From Balanoglossus misakiensis (taxonomy: Eukaryota > Animalia > Hemichordata), in assembly GCA_040954595.2 (NCBI GenBank), contig CM082590.2:248001-312000 (forward strand): a stretch of 64,000 nucleotides of DNA. Reading direction: 5' to 3'. A model generated the notes under the pieces. It saw only the letters and a program-made list of their open reading frames with translations. It was not told the origin of the DNA and made no database searches. Shown one piece after another: positions 40,932 through 53,500 of this stretch; position 1 is the stretch's first letter; every line of letters begins with the position of its first letter. The position numbers and the translations under genes are program-made.

Positions 40932-41389
40932 AACAACATTGCTGGAAAAACATGCCAACATTTTACAGTGAGTATGCACTCAACATGTGCATTGTTGAAA
41001 AGATAAGAATCCATCCAATTAGCAATATGTGCATTGACTAAATATGTATCAGAGTTTTTGCTTAGGCCGGGGAACACTAGTAACGCTTCTGCTTTAACTA
41101 TGACTGCACTGATATACCAAGGGGAACCCCGGTAAAATGACTGAGGAACCACGGTGACATTTACCTTGGTACCTCACAGTATGCATATGAGTACAATGTA
41201 TGTGTGTGTATGTATATGCATCGTGTATGTCTATCCGTAAACTCATTTAAATGGACCACCATGTTGTACCATACTGTTGAAAAAGGCAGCTACATGTATT
41301 GGAGCTTTAGTAATAATTGAAATACATGTAGTGTGGAACAATTCTTCCTTTGTTGTATACTGATTACCGCTTACTCCATGTTTCCATAG

Positions 41390-43583
41390 TGATCTGTGTA
41401 ACTACTACCCTGACCTGTCCATATTGAAAGCCCTAGTTGCCAGCGTCGCACTGCCCAGCAGAAGTGCCAAGGATTCCCAGGCCTATGTCACTATGGCAAC
41501 CCAGGTCACAAGGGGGTCAAGCATGGGTGCATTCAGTGGTATGGCCTCCTCATCGACCGCGGCCCACTGGTCCAAGTCGGACGTCACACCACTCAAAATA
41601 AAACTGGGTTCCGACAGTAGTCTTGAAGGTGAATTTTTCATTCCTTATTTTTGCAGTACATGTATTTAATGCACTTGTCACTATTGCAAAAAGTAAGCGG
41701 TCACAGAATTTATGTCCAAATGTGCAAGAATCCTGTGTTTGAGTCAAGCTGAATAGCCAGAATACATGTCAAACATAAGTCTTCCAGAGGGCGCCCTACA
41801 TGTCATCTGATAATTCTATGGAGATTCAGCCTCATTGTTGGATATGCCATGGGCACTCAAGCGAAAAAGTTTGTAAAGGCTGCCGACAAGCACTATTACG
41901 TACTCAACCCAGTCTATTGTCTCATTTTGATCATCGACGAATGGGTATGACTTGCAACAGACATAAATATTAATGAGTATGAATTTTAATAAGCAATCTG
42001 TACTCTTATCTGGGCAGAATCCTGAGCCTGCAAACCAGATTAAATTTGACAGAAACTACATCAAAGTCGGTGCAGATTTACGAGGTTGTTGTTGTCTGTT
42101 TTTTTACAGAGATACTTGAAGGGCTTCAAGAATTGGACGACATTTCCAAACGGAAAGTGGATATCTTGCATTATTTCACGGTAAGTTTACTCTGAAGTTT
42201 TGTCACTTTCACAGCCAAGACTTGGTTCAGTTCCAAAGCTTGAGTGACTCGGGCATTGCTTGAAGACCTGCATAAGAGTCATTTGAGAGTTCTGAATTCA
42301 ACAAAACCACTAACCAAAGTTTTCCTTAGAAACTAGGAATATTGTAAGTGAAATTCAATTGAATCATGATTTTGAATGCCAATAATGATATAAATTTTCT
42401 GTTTTTTTTAATGACAGACTGAGTTGATGCAGCTCATGAGTGACGGTTACAGTCAATGCAGTAGTAAAGCATATACATTAATCATGAGACATTAGACAAA
42501 AACCCAGGTATGTAGACATTAAAGCTCCAATAGCTCTTATAACTTCTCTTTCATTATATTGAATGTGTGTATATAAGTCTGGAATCTCCTGTTTAACTAT
42601 TATGCAGTTGTTACATATGATGCAAGTTGCCCATAAAATTACCTAACAATAAAATGTGGCTGTCGAACATTGGTCCCAACAATAACGACAAACACAATAC
42701 GATAGAATTTTTACTCAATGACTTTCTGGCCTCATTTTCGCATCGTCTTGGAAGGGCAAATGAAAAAGGCATATCGATTATTGGTACTCCACTTATTAGA
42801 CTTTCCACTGATTGTCAACAGCACTGCCAAGGAACTCCTGCCAGCCATCATTGATTGTCTGCATAGTAGTGTCCAGAGTGTCGTCAATGTAGCTTTACAA
42901 CATCTACCTGAGTTTGCTCTGTTGTGCCAAGGTAAGGCCTATTATGATAGTCTGAATTGAGTTTCTAAAAGAATTAAAATGTTCCCATTCTGAAGCAAAA
43001 CGAGAAAGTGTGATGTTACTAGGTCAGTGGTTGATAGTCTATTTCTCTAAACCACTGTTGTGCTCACAGAAAGTGTCAGAATTGAACAATTATGGCTGCC
43101 ATTGGCCAGCATATCAAGCATTCTGATCAGTAAATAGAGATTTCTTTTGTGAGATTTTCACAGTTTTAAATAATGAAGACTTTACAACAATGTAAAATGA
43201 AACAAAACTAGTCTTTCAATTGCATAAATTTGCATTGTTTTGACATCAGTAATCATCTTGACTTTGCCATCATGTAACAGCCTATTTCACCCAGATTCTC
43301 GGTCAAATGGATTTTGCGTGTACACCTGAACTTACTGGTTAGCACAGTGCAGCCAATAGTAGAATTAGACAGTCTTGTTGCCAATAATTACAATTTTGAG
43401 TGTAAGTTGATACCTTGTCAACGCAGATCATCTGATCTTTTGTTTTCTTTTGTTTCAGAGTATGCAAATGTTTTACTGCAGAAAGCATTCATCGTTGGAA
43501 TTAACACCAAGCTTGACACGGCACCCATCATAGCAGAGACTCTGCAACTGTTGAATATGGAATCAGTCACAGTGTATTCATAA
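41390..43583 (+). pseudogene. INTS1: INTS1 3'-terminal exons: 41390-41628, 42110-42180, 42418-42507 (frameshifted), 42822-42931, 43459-43583 (stop)
   Basis: Peptides DLSILKALVASVALPSR, EILEGLQELDDISKRKVDILHYF, TAKELLPAIIDCL..VALQHLPEFALLCQ and EYANVLLQKAFIVGINTKLDTAPIIAETLQLLNMESVTVYS* parallel the INTS1 C-terminus. All boundaries are GT-AG. The third exon hits TAG at 42493-42495 (apparent 2-bp deletion). Confidence 0.9.
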
Positions 43584-43906
43584 AGTGAACCCCCTTGCGT
43601 GGACTTTATTAATAGCTGGGAAAAATATCTTTCAAATCTTGTCGTTATATAACCACTACTACACACAGCAGTTCTTCATGGAAATAGTCTTTTCTTTACT
43701 TTTTGTGATGGACTCTCATACATGCCCACAGTCAGGTCATACGTCAACTGACATCTGAGGCTCAGTAATGTTTTTTCCTCTATTCTAAGTCCTCTGTGCA
43801 TATTGAATTTTGAGAGAAGAAATGTGACATTTCATTGAGTGATATGGACAGTCACACTGATACAGAGAGATCATTGCTTGATTTAAGAATTCACACTAAA
43901 ATTAAG

Positions 43907-43912
43907 AATAAA
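43907..43912 (+). terminator. Candidate polyadenylation signal of the INTS1-like locus
   Basis: AATAAA about 325 nt after the stop codon, followed by GT/T-rich sequence. Confidence 0.45.
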
Positions 43913-44050
43913 GAGCATTTATTAGAAGCAATTGTGTCATTCGATCTTCTGTTTTAATCTGGTACATGCATGCATACATAAATATACACAAGATTGAGTC
44001 GGCGAGTGTCGTCATGGATTGATGGCAGCTCAGTTTAGTTGTTGAACTTG

Positions 44051-45063
44051 AAAAAAAATAGCGTCAAGGACACTGTGGTCCCAACATAGCAATAAGCATA
44101 TCTGCTCTGGATGCCAAGATATGGAAAAGTAGGTCAAAGGTCACCTGAGGTCATGCAAAATTTGGGCAAGAAATTTTGACCCTATACTGGTCCATGTTGA
44201 ACAAAAACCAAACCTATAGCCCTATTGGTTAGCCTGTAATTAGGTATGCACATAATTAATGAGATATGCAGGTGTCACAGGTGACCCATATTTTGGCTTT
44301 TCAATTTTAGTCCCAACCCTCCAAACGCCAAGTCTGTACCTGCTCTGGATGCCCAGATATAGGAAAGTAGGTCAAAGGTCACCTGAGGTCACCCAAAATT
44401 TGGGCAAGAAATTTTGACCCTATACTGGTCCATGTCCCACAAGAACGAAACCTCTAGCCCTATTAATTAGCCCAGAATTAGGTATGCACATAATTAATGT
44501 GTTAAGCAGGTGTTACAGGTGAGCCCAAAAATTTGCCTTTTATTTTGGCCCCATTGTGCTCACTAGCCAATAGACAGTCACTGTACAGGACTATTGCACA
44601 GACCAGAATTCCACAATAAGACGTGGACATAGCTTAACCATAGAGGTATAAGTAAAGGTATAAATTTAATAAAAAGACTAAAAAATTCATAAAAAATAAA
44701 ACATCCATGATATCAACTTAACACTTACAGGTCGGTGTGAGGTTGACATAAGGTACATACATATCAATTTTCAAAGCAATCTGACCAGTAATTGTTGAGT
44801 TACAGAGTTTTGATCAATTTCACATTTTACAAACTAATTTGCATATTTTTGGGCCTGGCAACTTCGTTTGGGCAAACTCCCATCTACAGCCCAGCCTGCA
44901 CCTACACACCAAATATTGAGGTGATACGCGCAGCAGTTTTCAAGTTTTTGATGTGGACGGACATACATCCATACATACATCCATCCATCCATACATACAT
45001 ACAGACGCAACCAATCCCATAAGGTCCCATGGTATATAGGCCTATACCAATGGGACCTAAAAA
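44051..45063 (-). mobile_element. Helentron-associated non-autonomous element (HINE / DINE-1-like), copy 1
   Basis: Minus strand: T-run, 5' hairpin AGGTCCCATTGGTATA..TATACCATGGGACCT, (GTAT/GGAT)n microsatellite, two 238-bp central repeats, subterminal TGGGACC, short 3' stem-loop AGTGTC-CTT-GACGCT, T-run. A second copy is at 52468-53818. Confidence 0.8.
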
Positions 45064-45301
45064 TGTTAAATCCTCTTTTTGCACTAGTTTGCCGAAATTC
45101 GTGAGATTTGGAGTTTACTATCCAGTAAAGTTTCTCTGTAATACAAGTCAAGCTTTGTATGAAATTAGAATAGGTACTGAGTTTAACAAAAAATGTAACT
45201 TTTGTGCCGTGTTTTGTTTGTGTATCACATGAGAATGCCCTCCCGTACAAACTGCTTAGCCAGGCGAGATCTCTCTTGGAGTTCTGAAAATGGTCTCAGT
45301 A

Positions 45302-47012
45302 TTAAACTTCGAGATTCTGTAAATACTCCAGATTCTGTTCTGGATGATAGTACTTGCAGTAATAGTTGTCGGTATCGTCGATACGTGTGTAGGAACAATA
45401 TTCAGCATTTGCCAAAAATGTGACGTTTCCCTCTGGATGCCAGTGTATAAACTCGGAGACTTTCTCTGGGCACACCTATTGAAGAAAGACAACAAATTGT
45501 CAGTCGCTGTTTTCTTTTCCTGTATACGAGAATTAATATTTTAATTTAATAGCAAAACAAACCACATTCCGAAAACTGGCGGATAATGGTTCGGGGTCAA
45601 GCTGGTAGAACTGGAGATTGTATGCAAAACTAGTATGGCTTGTTCGCCCATTCTTTTTGCAGATCAAATCCCATTTTTGACTTTGAGATGAAATCAATAC
45701 CGGAGAGAATTGGAATAATGTTAACCTGATTAATATATTGAATATATGGACAGATACTAATAGAATATTTAAAGTGACAAAGTCTCTCTCTCGCTCCCTT
45801 TTCCCCATTAATTATAATTAATACAAGGTAACGTTTATTCTACATGTGGATATATACTAGTAGTAGAGACCGAGTATTCATTTTGGTGAGTTTTTCACTC
45901 TTGTGTCTACAAGTGGGATTGAATCTGTGTGTGGTGAACGTTGATTCACTATATATCCACATGTAGAATAACATAAATCGTCGGTTTCTTGTATTATTAA
46001 AATACAAAAAAAAACGGGAAAATGGGCGAGAGAGCAACTTTGTCCCTTTAATATTCTCTTCAAACTTACATCAAGGTCGTAGCACGTTTCGACGAGTCTG
46101 TTGTCAACGTACATGTGAAGTGTGCAATTCATGCAGCCTCTAACCAGTTCGTCATCGGATATCTTGGACCCCTGTGAAATGCAAACAGAAACAGTCATGG
46201 ACTAATCTTATAGCAACAAGTAAGGGTCTCGTACGAATACAGTGTGAACAGAGAGGAAAAGTTAAACAGGTGATATCACACGATATGTACAGTGCATCAT
46301 GGACCCGCAAGTCACCACCGGGAAATTGAATCTTCCAGTGCTATAGGCTGCTCGTCTGTGAATTGTCATCGATGCAATATTCACCACCTCGCCTATCAGG
46401 CAAAAGTTGTCATGTTTAGTGGTGGGATACATTAGTTGGTCTGCTGGTCGGATGATGAAGGTGATGAAGAGACAGGTGTGAGCGTGAATTGGTGATTTTG
46501 GATGGAATTTCTGGCGTTCTCACAACCCATATCCAACACTAAATGGATCTTCTGACACAGTCGCCAAAATTCTATACTTGTCTAGTTACTAGAACCATGC
46601 ACTCGTCTTCGATTACTCCACCACACTCGTTCGGAATGCCTAGGGAAAATATTATCCATAATTGTCTTTTTTTAAAGTTCTTATTTGGCTTTACCAGGCT
46701 TGTCAGTGTGTCCAACTTGTCAATCACAATGTCCACAGCTCTGAATGTCTTGGATGGTCCGATGTAGCTGCCGACAACTTTCAAGAACCTCGTTGTGTGA
46801 ATCGGATCCTCCTTTTCCAATATGTCGGGTAACGTCATGATCTCGTCGAAACACTCCACGCCGTGCGTTTGGACAATGTCGTATATGGCGTCATTGTTAG
46901 CCGTGATTTGGGCAGACGAACAAACCCATGGCTGAGAACGAAATGGGTGCCCGGCTTCGAGGCCACGATTCAAGATGACCAGAAGAGCAGATACGACAAA
47001 CAGCAACCTCAT
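45302..47012 (-). pseudogene. Unidentified secreted-type protein gene, apparently disrupted (ORF 47012-46572; further exons 46171-46070 and 45475-45302)
   Basis: The N-terminus MRLLFVVSALLVILNRGLEA resembles a signal peptide, and a tacag acceptor lies 13 nt before the ATG. Phase-0 GT-AG exons encode GSKISDDELVRGCMNCTLHMYVDNRLVETCYDLD and VCPEKVSEF...YLQNLEV*. The intervening frame needs a frameshift near 46585 and passes a TGA at 46522-46520. Confidence 0.55.
45773..46047. mobile_element. TTAA-flanked MITE, AGGGACAAAG family
   Basis: TTAA|AGTGACAAAGT ... ACTTTGTCCCT|TTAA with an internally palindromic body. It lies in the last intron of the secreted-type gene. Confidence 0.8.
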
Positions 47013-47530
47013 TGTACGCGTTCACCTGTACAAGCAAGAATTACCTATCCATAAGATGATATAGCAGGTTTATACTATCAGGGACAAACTCCTATTGGAA
47101 GATCGAAGTACGTTAGGAAACTGTTTATGTCCAATGGATGCCCCGACGATAATATTTCATTTAGATTTCAATGCAGCTACAAAACTGGCTTTATGCATTC
47201 TTTTATTTCGATCATGACAATTAATTTTATGGCAGAATGGACACAGCGAAAAAAAACAAAAACAATTTTGCCGAAAGTTGGAGCATTATTCAAGTCTTTT
47301 CTCCGCAACAGAAATGCATATCCCCACAAGAATTAATCTACTTCAGTCTTGCTCCAAAACTTCGTGACATTGAAATGCGCCCACGTATAGAACGTCCTGT
47401 GGACGCGACACTGATTTTGCATTTGCATCAGTGCAAATTCTGGAACCTTATTAAAATTTAATCTTCAAAGTCTCTATTTCATTTTATACTCCATTCTCCA
47501 GGAAATAACATAATAAAATGATATTCTTAC

Positions 47531-50500
47531 TTCAATCCAACTTGCATCAATTCTTCCGGTTATTGGAATGACATCACCTTTCTTGAAACTCAATTCTCCG
47601 CTAGTCGTTGCAACAAAGTCATACAGGGCCTGTGGTGTTTAAACAACACACAGCAGTGTTGGTACCAAAATGAAACCTTTGCATGAAATATCAAAACATT
47701 TAAAGGGCGATGGTGTTCGTCTTATGCGCATATCAGATGTGTCAAACCAGAGATCTCTGGTTACAATATTTGTACACGGTCAATGCCATAAGGCTGTGTG
47801 CTGTCCTTACAATACAACAGACAAGAGGGCGGGACCATAGTCTGTGTTGAGATCGGGAAAATACAGCAAATTTGGTGAAAAGAAGGGACCACTGTATGCA
47901 TTTTGCATACAGAACAAATTTAACAGCTTTACCCATGCGCGTGCATTACAGAATAACGTCCTGGTTGACCATACACGTATTTGGATAAAGGCCAGTGTGT
48001 CCTCTAAGCCTGTATAACGTGCCACTGATCTGACTCAATAAACTCACTGGTGACCCAAGAAAATTATCCACACTACATGCAAAGGCACAATAGGGCTGAC
48101 TCAGAGAAAATACACTGATAAGCTACATGTAGATCAAGTTGACCTCGAATCTGTAACCCTGATTTCTTGATTTGCAGTCTTGTCATGGTCTCCCTGTCTC
48201 CTATATAGTCTGTGTCAATACACCCCCTCCCCTGTCTGCCATTGTCCACCCCTCTCTTCCCCTGTATGTCACTGACTGTGTTCCTGTCTATAAAAGTCTA
48301 TCAGTCCATTTATTCAATACAAATTCAACATGCTTACCAGGGCCCTGGGTCCAGTGATTGCAGCTACAGTGACTGGTTTATTTTCTTTGACACTTGTTGT
48401 TGGCGGTGGTTCTGGTTTGACACCAAGTCTGCAATATGGACAGAGGGAGAGGTGAAGTCATGCAGGCTCTTATTTCAAATCGGTTTCAATGACTCCCAGC
48501 ATAGTAGTGAGACGACCTCACTTAATCAGTGATTGGGAAGTCTGAAAACACCAATGCGCCAATGGCCCCATCCCAGCCAAAATGAATGGGCCATTTTGAA
48601 CTTCAATGGGACATTCAAAATTTGTAATGAGCCCTACAGTATCGACAAAAAAATCGAATGAAATTTAGATGCAAAATATCATCAGTTCAAAATTGTTTAT
48701 ATTGTCATTTACATGTCTATATAACATGTGTTTATCAGTCTCTTCTTTCCATGCAAATGTCTCCAAAGGTATTGGTGTGAAAGTTTTTTTCCTTCAAGTC
48801 GAATCAGCAGGAGTCTCGCAAGCTGTTTCTCAGCTTTGTCACTATTATGTACTATTTAAGCAAAAAAAAGTTTTGTTTAGCTTCCTAGGAAAATTTCAAA
48901 ATTGACGTCTTGTTTACATAATGAGGGATTATGAATGATTTAGGTAGTCTAGCTTCAAGAAAATGGTTGCCACGGTACTGGAGTAGCCTGCATAGGTTTA
49001 AGTTGTGATGTCATTTTACATAATTTTAATAAAGGAATTGCATTATACTCTATGTGTGCCATGCATATGCAGTCATGTTTATCGAAGTCAGTGGAAATAG
49101 TCAGACATTTTGATGTAGATTTTGCCTGGGTTATACTAAAACCATACTCATTAATTGAAGAATGGCTGTACAGGGACAAGTTTGAAAACAATGTTTGCTA
49201 TTTTTCTCACTTGGTTAGATAACACAATAGCATGCAAGGCATGCTTTGACTATGTATGCGACATACAACTTTAACATGACGAGCAAAAGTGAGCAAAAGC
49301 GAAGATTTTAGGCTTGATAAAATCCACAAATTGATGATGGAAACGACAGTCTTGCTGCTGAAAAGATATGCCTTCCTTTTATGCTTCTTTTTGACATCAC
49401 TAGTACGGCCTCTCAAAATCGACATCACGGGTGTCTGCCGTCTGCTATCCTGTGTACAAGTGAAGTATTTTGCAGACGCATTCGAACGCATGGCATGACC
49501 TCCAACAAAAGTTGCTACATCTTTCGTAAAGTTTAGATAACTTGTTGCGATCGGTAGGCTGAGCTGCGTTACTTGTTGCAATTTGTAGTGTTACTATGGG
49601 CACCATAAAATGAGGCTATTTATAGGACGCCTTGATGGCCTCATAGGCGAGGATGCTAAACAAAAAAATTTTTCCTAAGTATTTCGGACTCAAATTTCAA
49701 TGCCCACTTCGGGCGCAAAGTAACAAATTTCAATGCGTCACATTTCAGTTCAATGCGACTATGGCGCAGGGCGCTTGACTTCCCAATCACTGACTTAATT
49801 TCAACATCACAAACACAGTCTCCCATTGCCAGAATATTTGGAGGGGATTCCACTCTGGCAAGGGGGGAGGGAGATGAAATATCTCCAACGGGTGAGAGAC
49901 ATCATTTTAAGGGGCACTGGTCCCCATTTTGCTAGTGGGTGCGAACATATATATCAATATGCATTATATGGATGTAAATACCCCCACCCATAGGCCAGAT
50001 GAAACATTTTTCAATTTGAGATAAGTGATGTCAATGCAAATAAAACTGTTCTATTTAACAACTGCATTGATGCGATTTTTAAGACCAACATATTATCTAT
50101 ACCCTATCTGACAAATGTGGGCACTCTTTGGCCAACAACATGAGACTCTGGTTACAAAAATTGTACAAAGTCAATGCCATAAGGCATGTGCTGTCCTATT
50201 ACAACAGACAAGATGGCAGTGACCATAATCTGTGTTGGAGATCAGAAAAAGACAGCAAATTGGGTGAAAAACTTAAGTTTCCTTCTGCGTGCATGAAATA
50301 TGGAAGGAAGCAAAGGCAGTCCACTATTTGAATGCATCGAACGCAAAATTTGCAGAACATTTGGATTGGACGTAATGTTTTTACACATGAAATTACACAC
50401 ATGTGTATAACACGATCACCAGCCTTTAAGTACAGAAAGTCTTACATTTACACTTCAAACTATTCATGTACACTGATAGCACAAATGAAATCAAGCTGTA

Positions 50501-53500
50501 CTCACTGTGTTTTGCTTTTGCTGTCTTGCTGTTGTTGGTGTGCCAACCATCTTGCCTTCTCTGATGGTGTCACATGCTGTATTTTACCGTTGGGAGCTTT
50601 GATGACTGGTGTGTCGATGTGTCCTGGCCTCTGACAGAGGAAATCCATCACTATATCATGCTGGGAAATCCTTGGGTCGAGACCTACCAGTCTCTGAAGG
50701 GAGAAGAAATTGAGAAGTTGAATTGCAATGAACTGTATCCAGTGCTGCCATGCTGCTACTGACTTAAAGGGACAAAAGCCTCTCTCTCTTGCTGCCCTTT
50801 TTCCATTATTTATGTTTCATACAAGACACCGTTTATGTCATTCTACACGTGGATATATAGTGAATCAACATTCGACCACACACAACTTCCATACCACTTG
50901 CAGACACGAGAGTGAAAAACTCACCAAAGTGAATAATCGGTGTTACCATTTATTCATTTTGGCGAGTTTTCACTCTCATATCCTACAAACAGGATTAAAG
51001 TTGTGTGTGGTCGAACGTCACTATACATCCACATGTAGAATAACACAAAAAGTGTCTTGTATCAAACATAATTAATGGAAAACGGACAGCGAGAGAGAGA
51101 GAGACTTTGTCCCTTTAATAGACCATGAGCCAGTAGGGGTTTACCTCCCACCCCCCCGGGGGAATTTTCGAGACAATGTTTTTCTGAAAGCGTATCATAT
51201 ACTGAGTAAAATTCACTTTGTTTGCCATCTGGGCACCGGGGCGTTTTCGAGTTATTGGCTTCTAAATTATATTGGGTAACGTATGTAGGAAAGCCTAAAA
51301 GTGCATATAAATTGACGTAGGGGGTAAAATAGTCTTGTAAAATGCTGTCTCTCTGAACGTATACCTCGAACAACAGGGTTGTATTTGGTATCAAAAGAAA
51401 GCTTAATAAACAAGCTTTCCATTAATTACAAAATAAAAGTGATATGACAAATCATGACATCATAGTGACGTCATAAGTCAAAATACCCTTACGAAAATGG
51501 TGTTCTGTTCACCTATAAATGTGAGGTTTTGCAAAACATGTCTCTGTGCAATTGTACTGATGAAAACTGATGAAAACTGTGATGTGTTTGGTATCAACAG
51601 AAAGCTGATTGAGTAAAGTATCTAATTATTGCAAAAAATTGATATGATAATCAATTACGTCATCATTACGTCATACTTCCAAGTACCCTTACCAATTAGT
51701 GACTATGATGACAAGTTATTACCCTAGGAGATAGGTGCCTTTAAATAAAAAAATTGGTAAGGAAGGTTTGTGAAGTCCATTCTATGTAAAAAAAATGGTG
51801 CTGATTCCAAAAAAGTCAGTCTTATTGACCCCACCCAAGACAAAATTGCCATTTTGGCACTTTTTAACCCAAAAAGGTCATTTTTAGAAAACACTAAAAA
51901 CACACTGTTTTCGTCACATTCGAAGATCTGATAACATATGATATGCCTATTCTATGTAAAATTTGGTTGATATTACGAAAAAAGCAGTCTGACTGACCCC
52001 ACTCAAGAAAAAATTGCCATTTTGGCACTTTTTAACCCAAAAAAGGTCATTTTTAGAAAACACTAAAAACACACTGTTTTCGTCACATTCGAAGATCTGA
52101 TGACATATGATATGCCTATTCTATGTAAAATTTGGTTGATATTACGAAAAAAGCAGTCTGACTGACCCCAAACGAGACAGAATTGCATTTTTGACCATTT
52201 TTTGCCCAAAAACGTCATTTTTAGACAAAACTTAAAACACACTCTACTCTTCATATTGATTGATTTGATGACATATGGAAAGTCAATTCTATGTGTAAAA
52301 TGGTGACTATAAAACATAAAGCAGTCTTTTTGACCCCAATCAATACAAAAATGTCATTTTTGGCCACATTTTTGAGGTCAAAAAGGTCATTTTTACAAAA
52401 AAACTAAAAACAAACTGTTTTCTTCATATTCAGAGATCTGATTATGTATGAAAAGTCCATTCTATGTAAAAAAAATAGCGTCAAGGACACTGTGGTCCCA
52501 TTTGAGGATTATGCGGAAAGAGTGACACACAGAATAAAAATTACAGGTGACATTGCAAGCAGATCTGCAAGCAGCAATATCGGGCCCAAGCCAACATAGC
52601 ACATAGCAATAAGCATATCTGCTTTGGATGCCAAGATATGGAAAAGTAGGTCAAAGGTCACCTGAGGACATGCAAAATTTGGGCAAGAAATTTTGACCCT
52701 ATACTGGTCCAGGTTCAACAAAAACCAAACCTATAGCCCTATTGGTTAGCCTGAAATTAGGTATGCACATAATTAATGAGATATGCAGGTGTCACAGGTG
52801 ACCCTCAATTTTTCCTTTTCAATTTTAGTGCCAATCCTCCAAAACGCCAAGTCTGTACCTGCTCTGGATGCCAAGATATGGTACAGTAGGTCAAAGGTCA
52901 CCTAAGGTCATGCAAAATTTGGGCAAGAAATTTTTACCCTATACTGGTCCATGTTCAACAAAAACCAAACCTACAGCCCTATTGGTTAGCCTGGAATTAG
53001 GTATGCACATAATTAATGAGATATGCAGGTGTCACAGGTGACCCCCAATTCTAGCTTTTCAATTTTAGTCCCAACCCTCCAAACGCCAAGTCTGTACCTG
53101 CTCTGGATGCCAAGATATAGGAAAATAGGTCAAAGGTCAACTGAGGTCACCCAAAATTTGGGCAAGAAATTTTGACCCTATACTGGTCCATGTCCCACAA
53201 GAACGAAACCTCTAGCCCTATTAGTTAGCCCGGAATTAGGTATGCACATAATTAATGTGTTAAGCAGGTGTTACAGGTGAGCCCAAAATTTTGCCTTTCA
53301 TTTTGGCCCCATTGTGCTCACTGACCAATAGACAGTCACTGTACAGGACTATTGCACAGACCAGAATTCCACAATAAGACGTGGACATAGCTTAACCATA
53401 GAGGTATAAGTAAAGGTGTAAATTTAATAAAAAGACTAAAAAATTCATAAAAAATAAAACATCCACGATATCAACTTAACACTTACAGGTCGGTGTGAGG

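Larger units (their letters stand above)
355..43583 (+). pseudogene. INTS1: Integrator complex subunit 1 (INTS1)-like locus, internally amplified and disabled
   Basis: GT-AG exons with compatible phases translate to INTS1-like peptides: ATMHILVVHAMVILLT, AFLVDTSEEALLLPDWLKLRMIRS, LVLFVQSFGIPV, GLLIDWLELLDPE, LPEFALLCQ, LLQKAFIVG...LNME. Disablements: TGA 2465-2467, TAG 6245-6247 (shared by units 1-5), a 4-bp insertion in exon A of units 2-6, TAG 42493-42495, and missing exons. Confidence 0.9.

Noticed and set aside
51780-53300. Regularly spaced repeats as a CRISPR-like array
   Set aside because: Whole 170-bp and 240-bp units are repeated with no unique spacers, no cas genes are present, and the context is eukaryotic.
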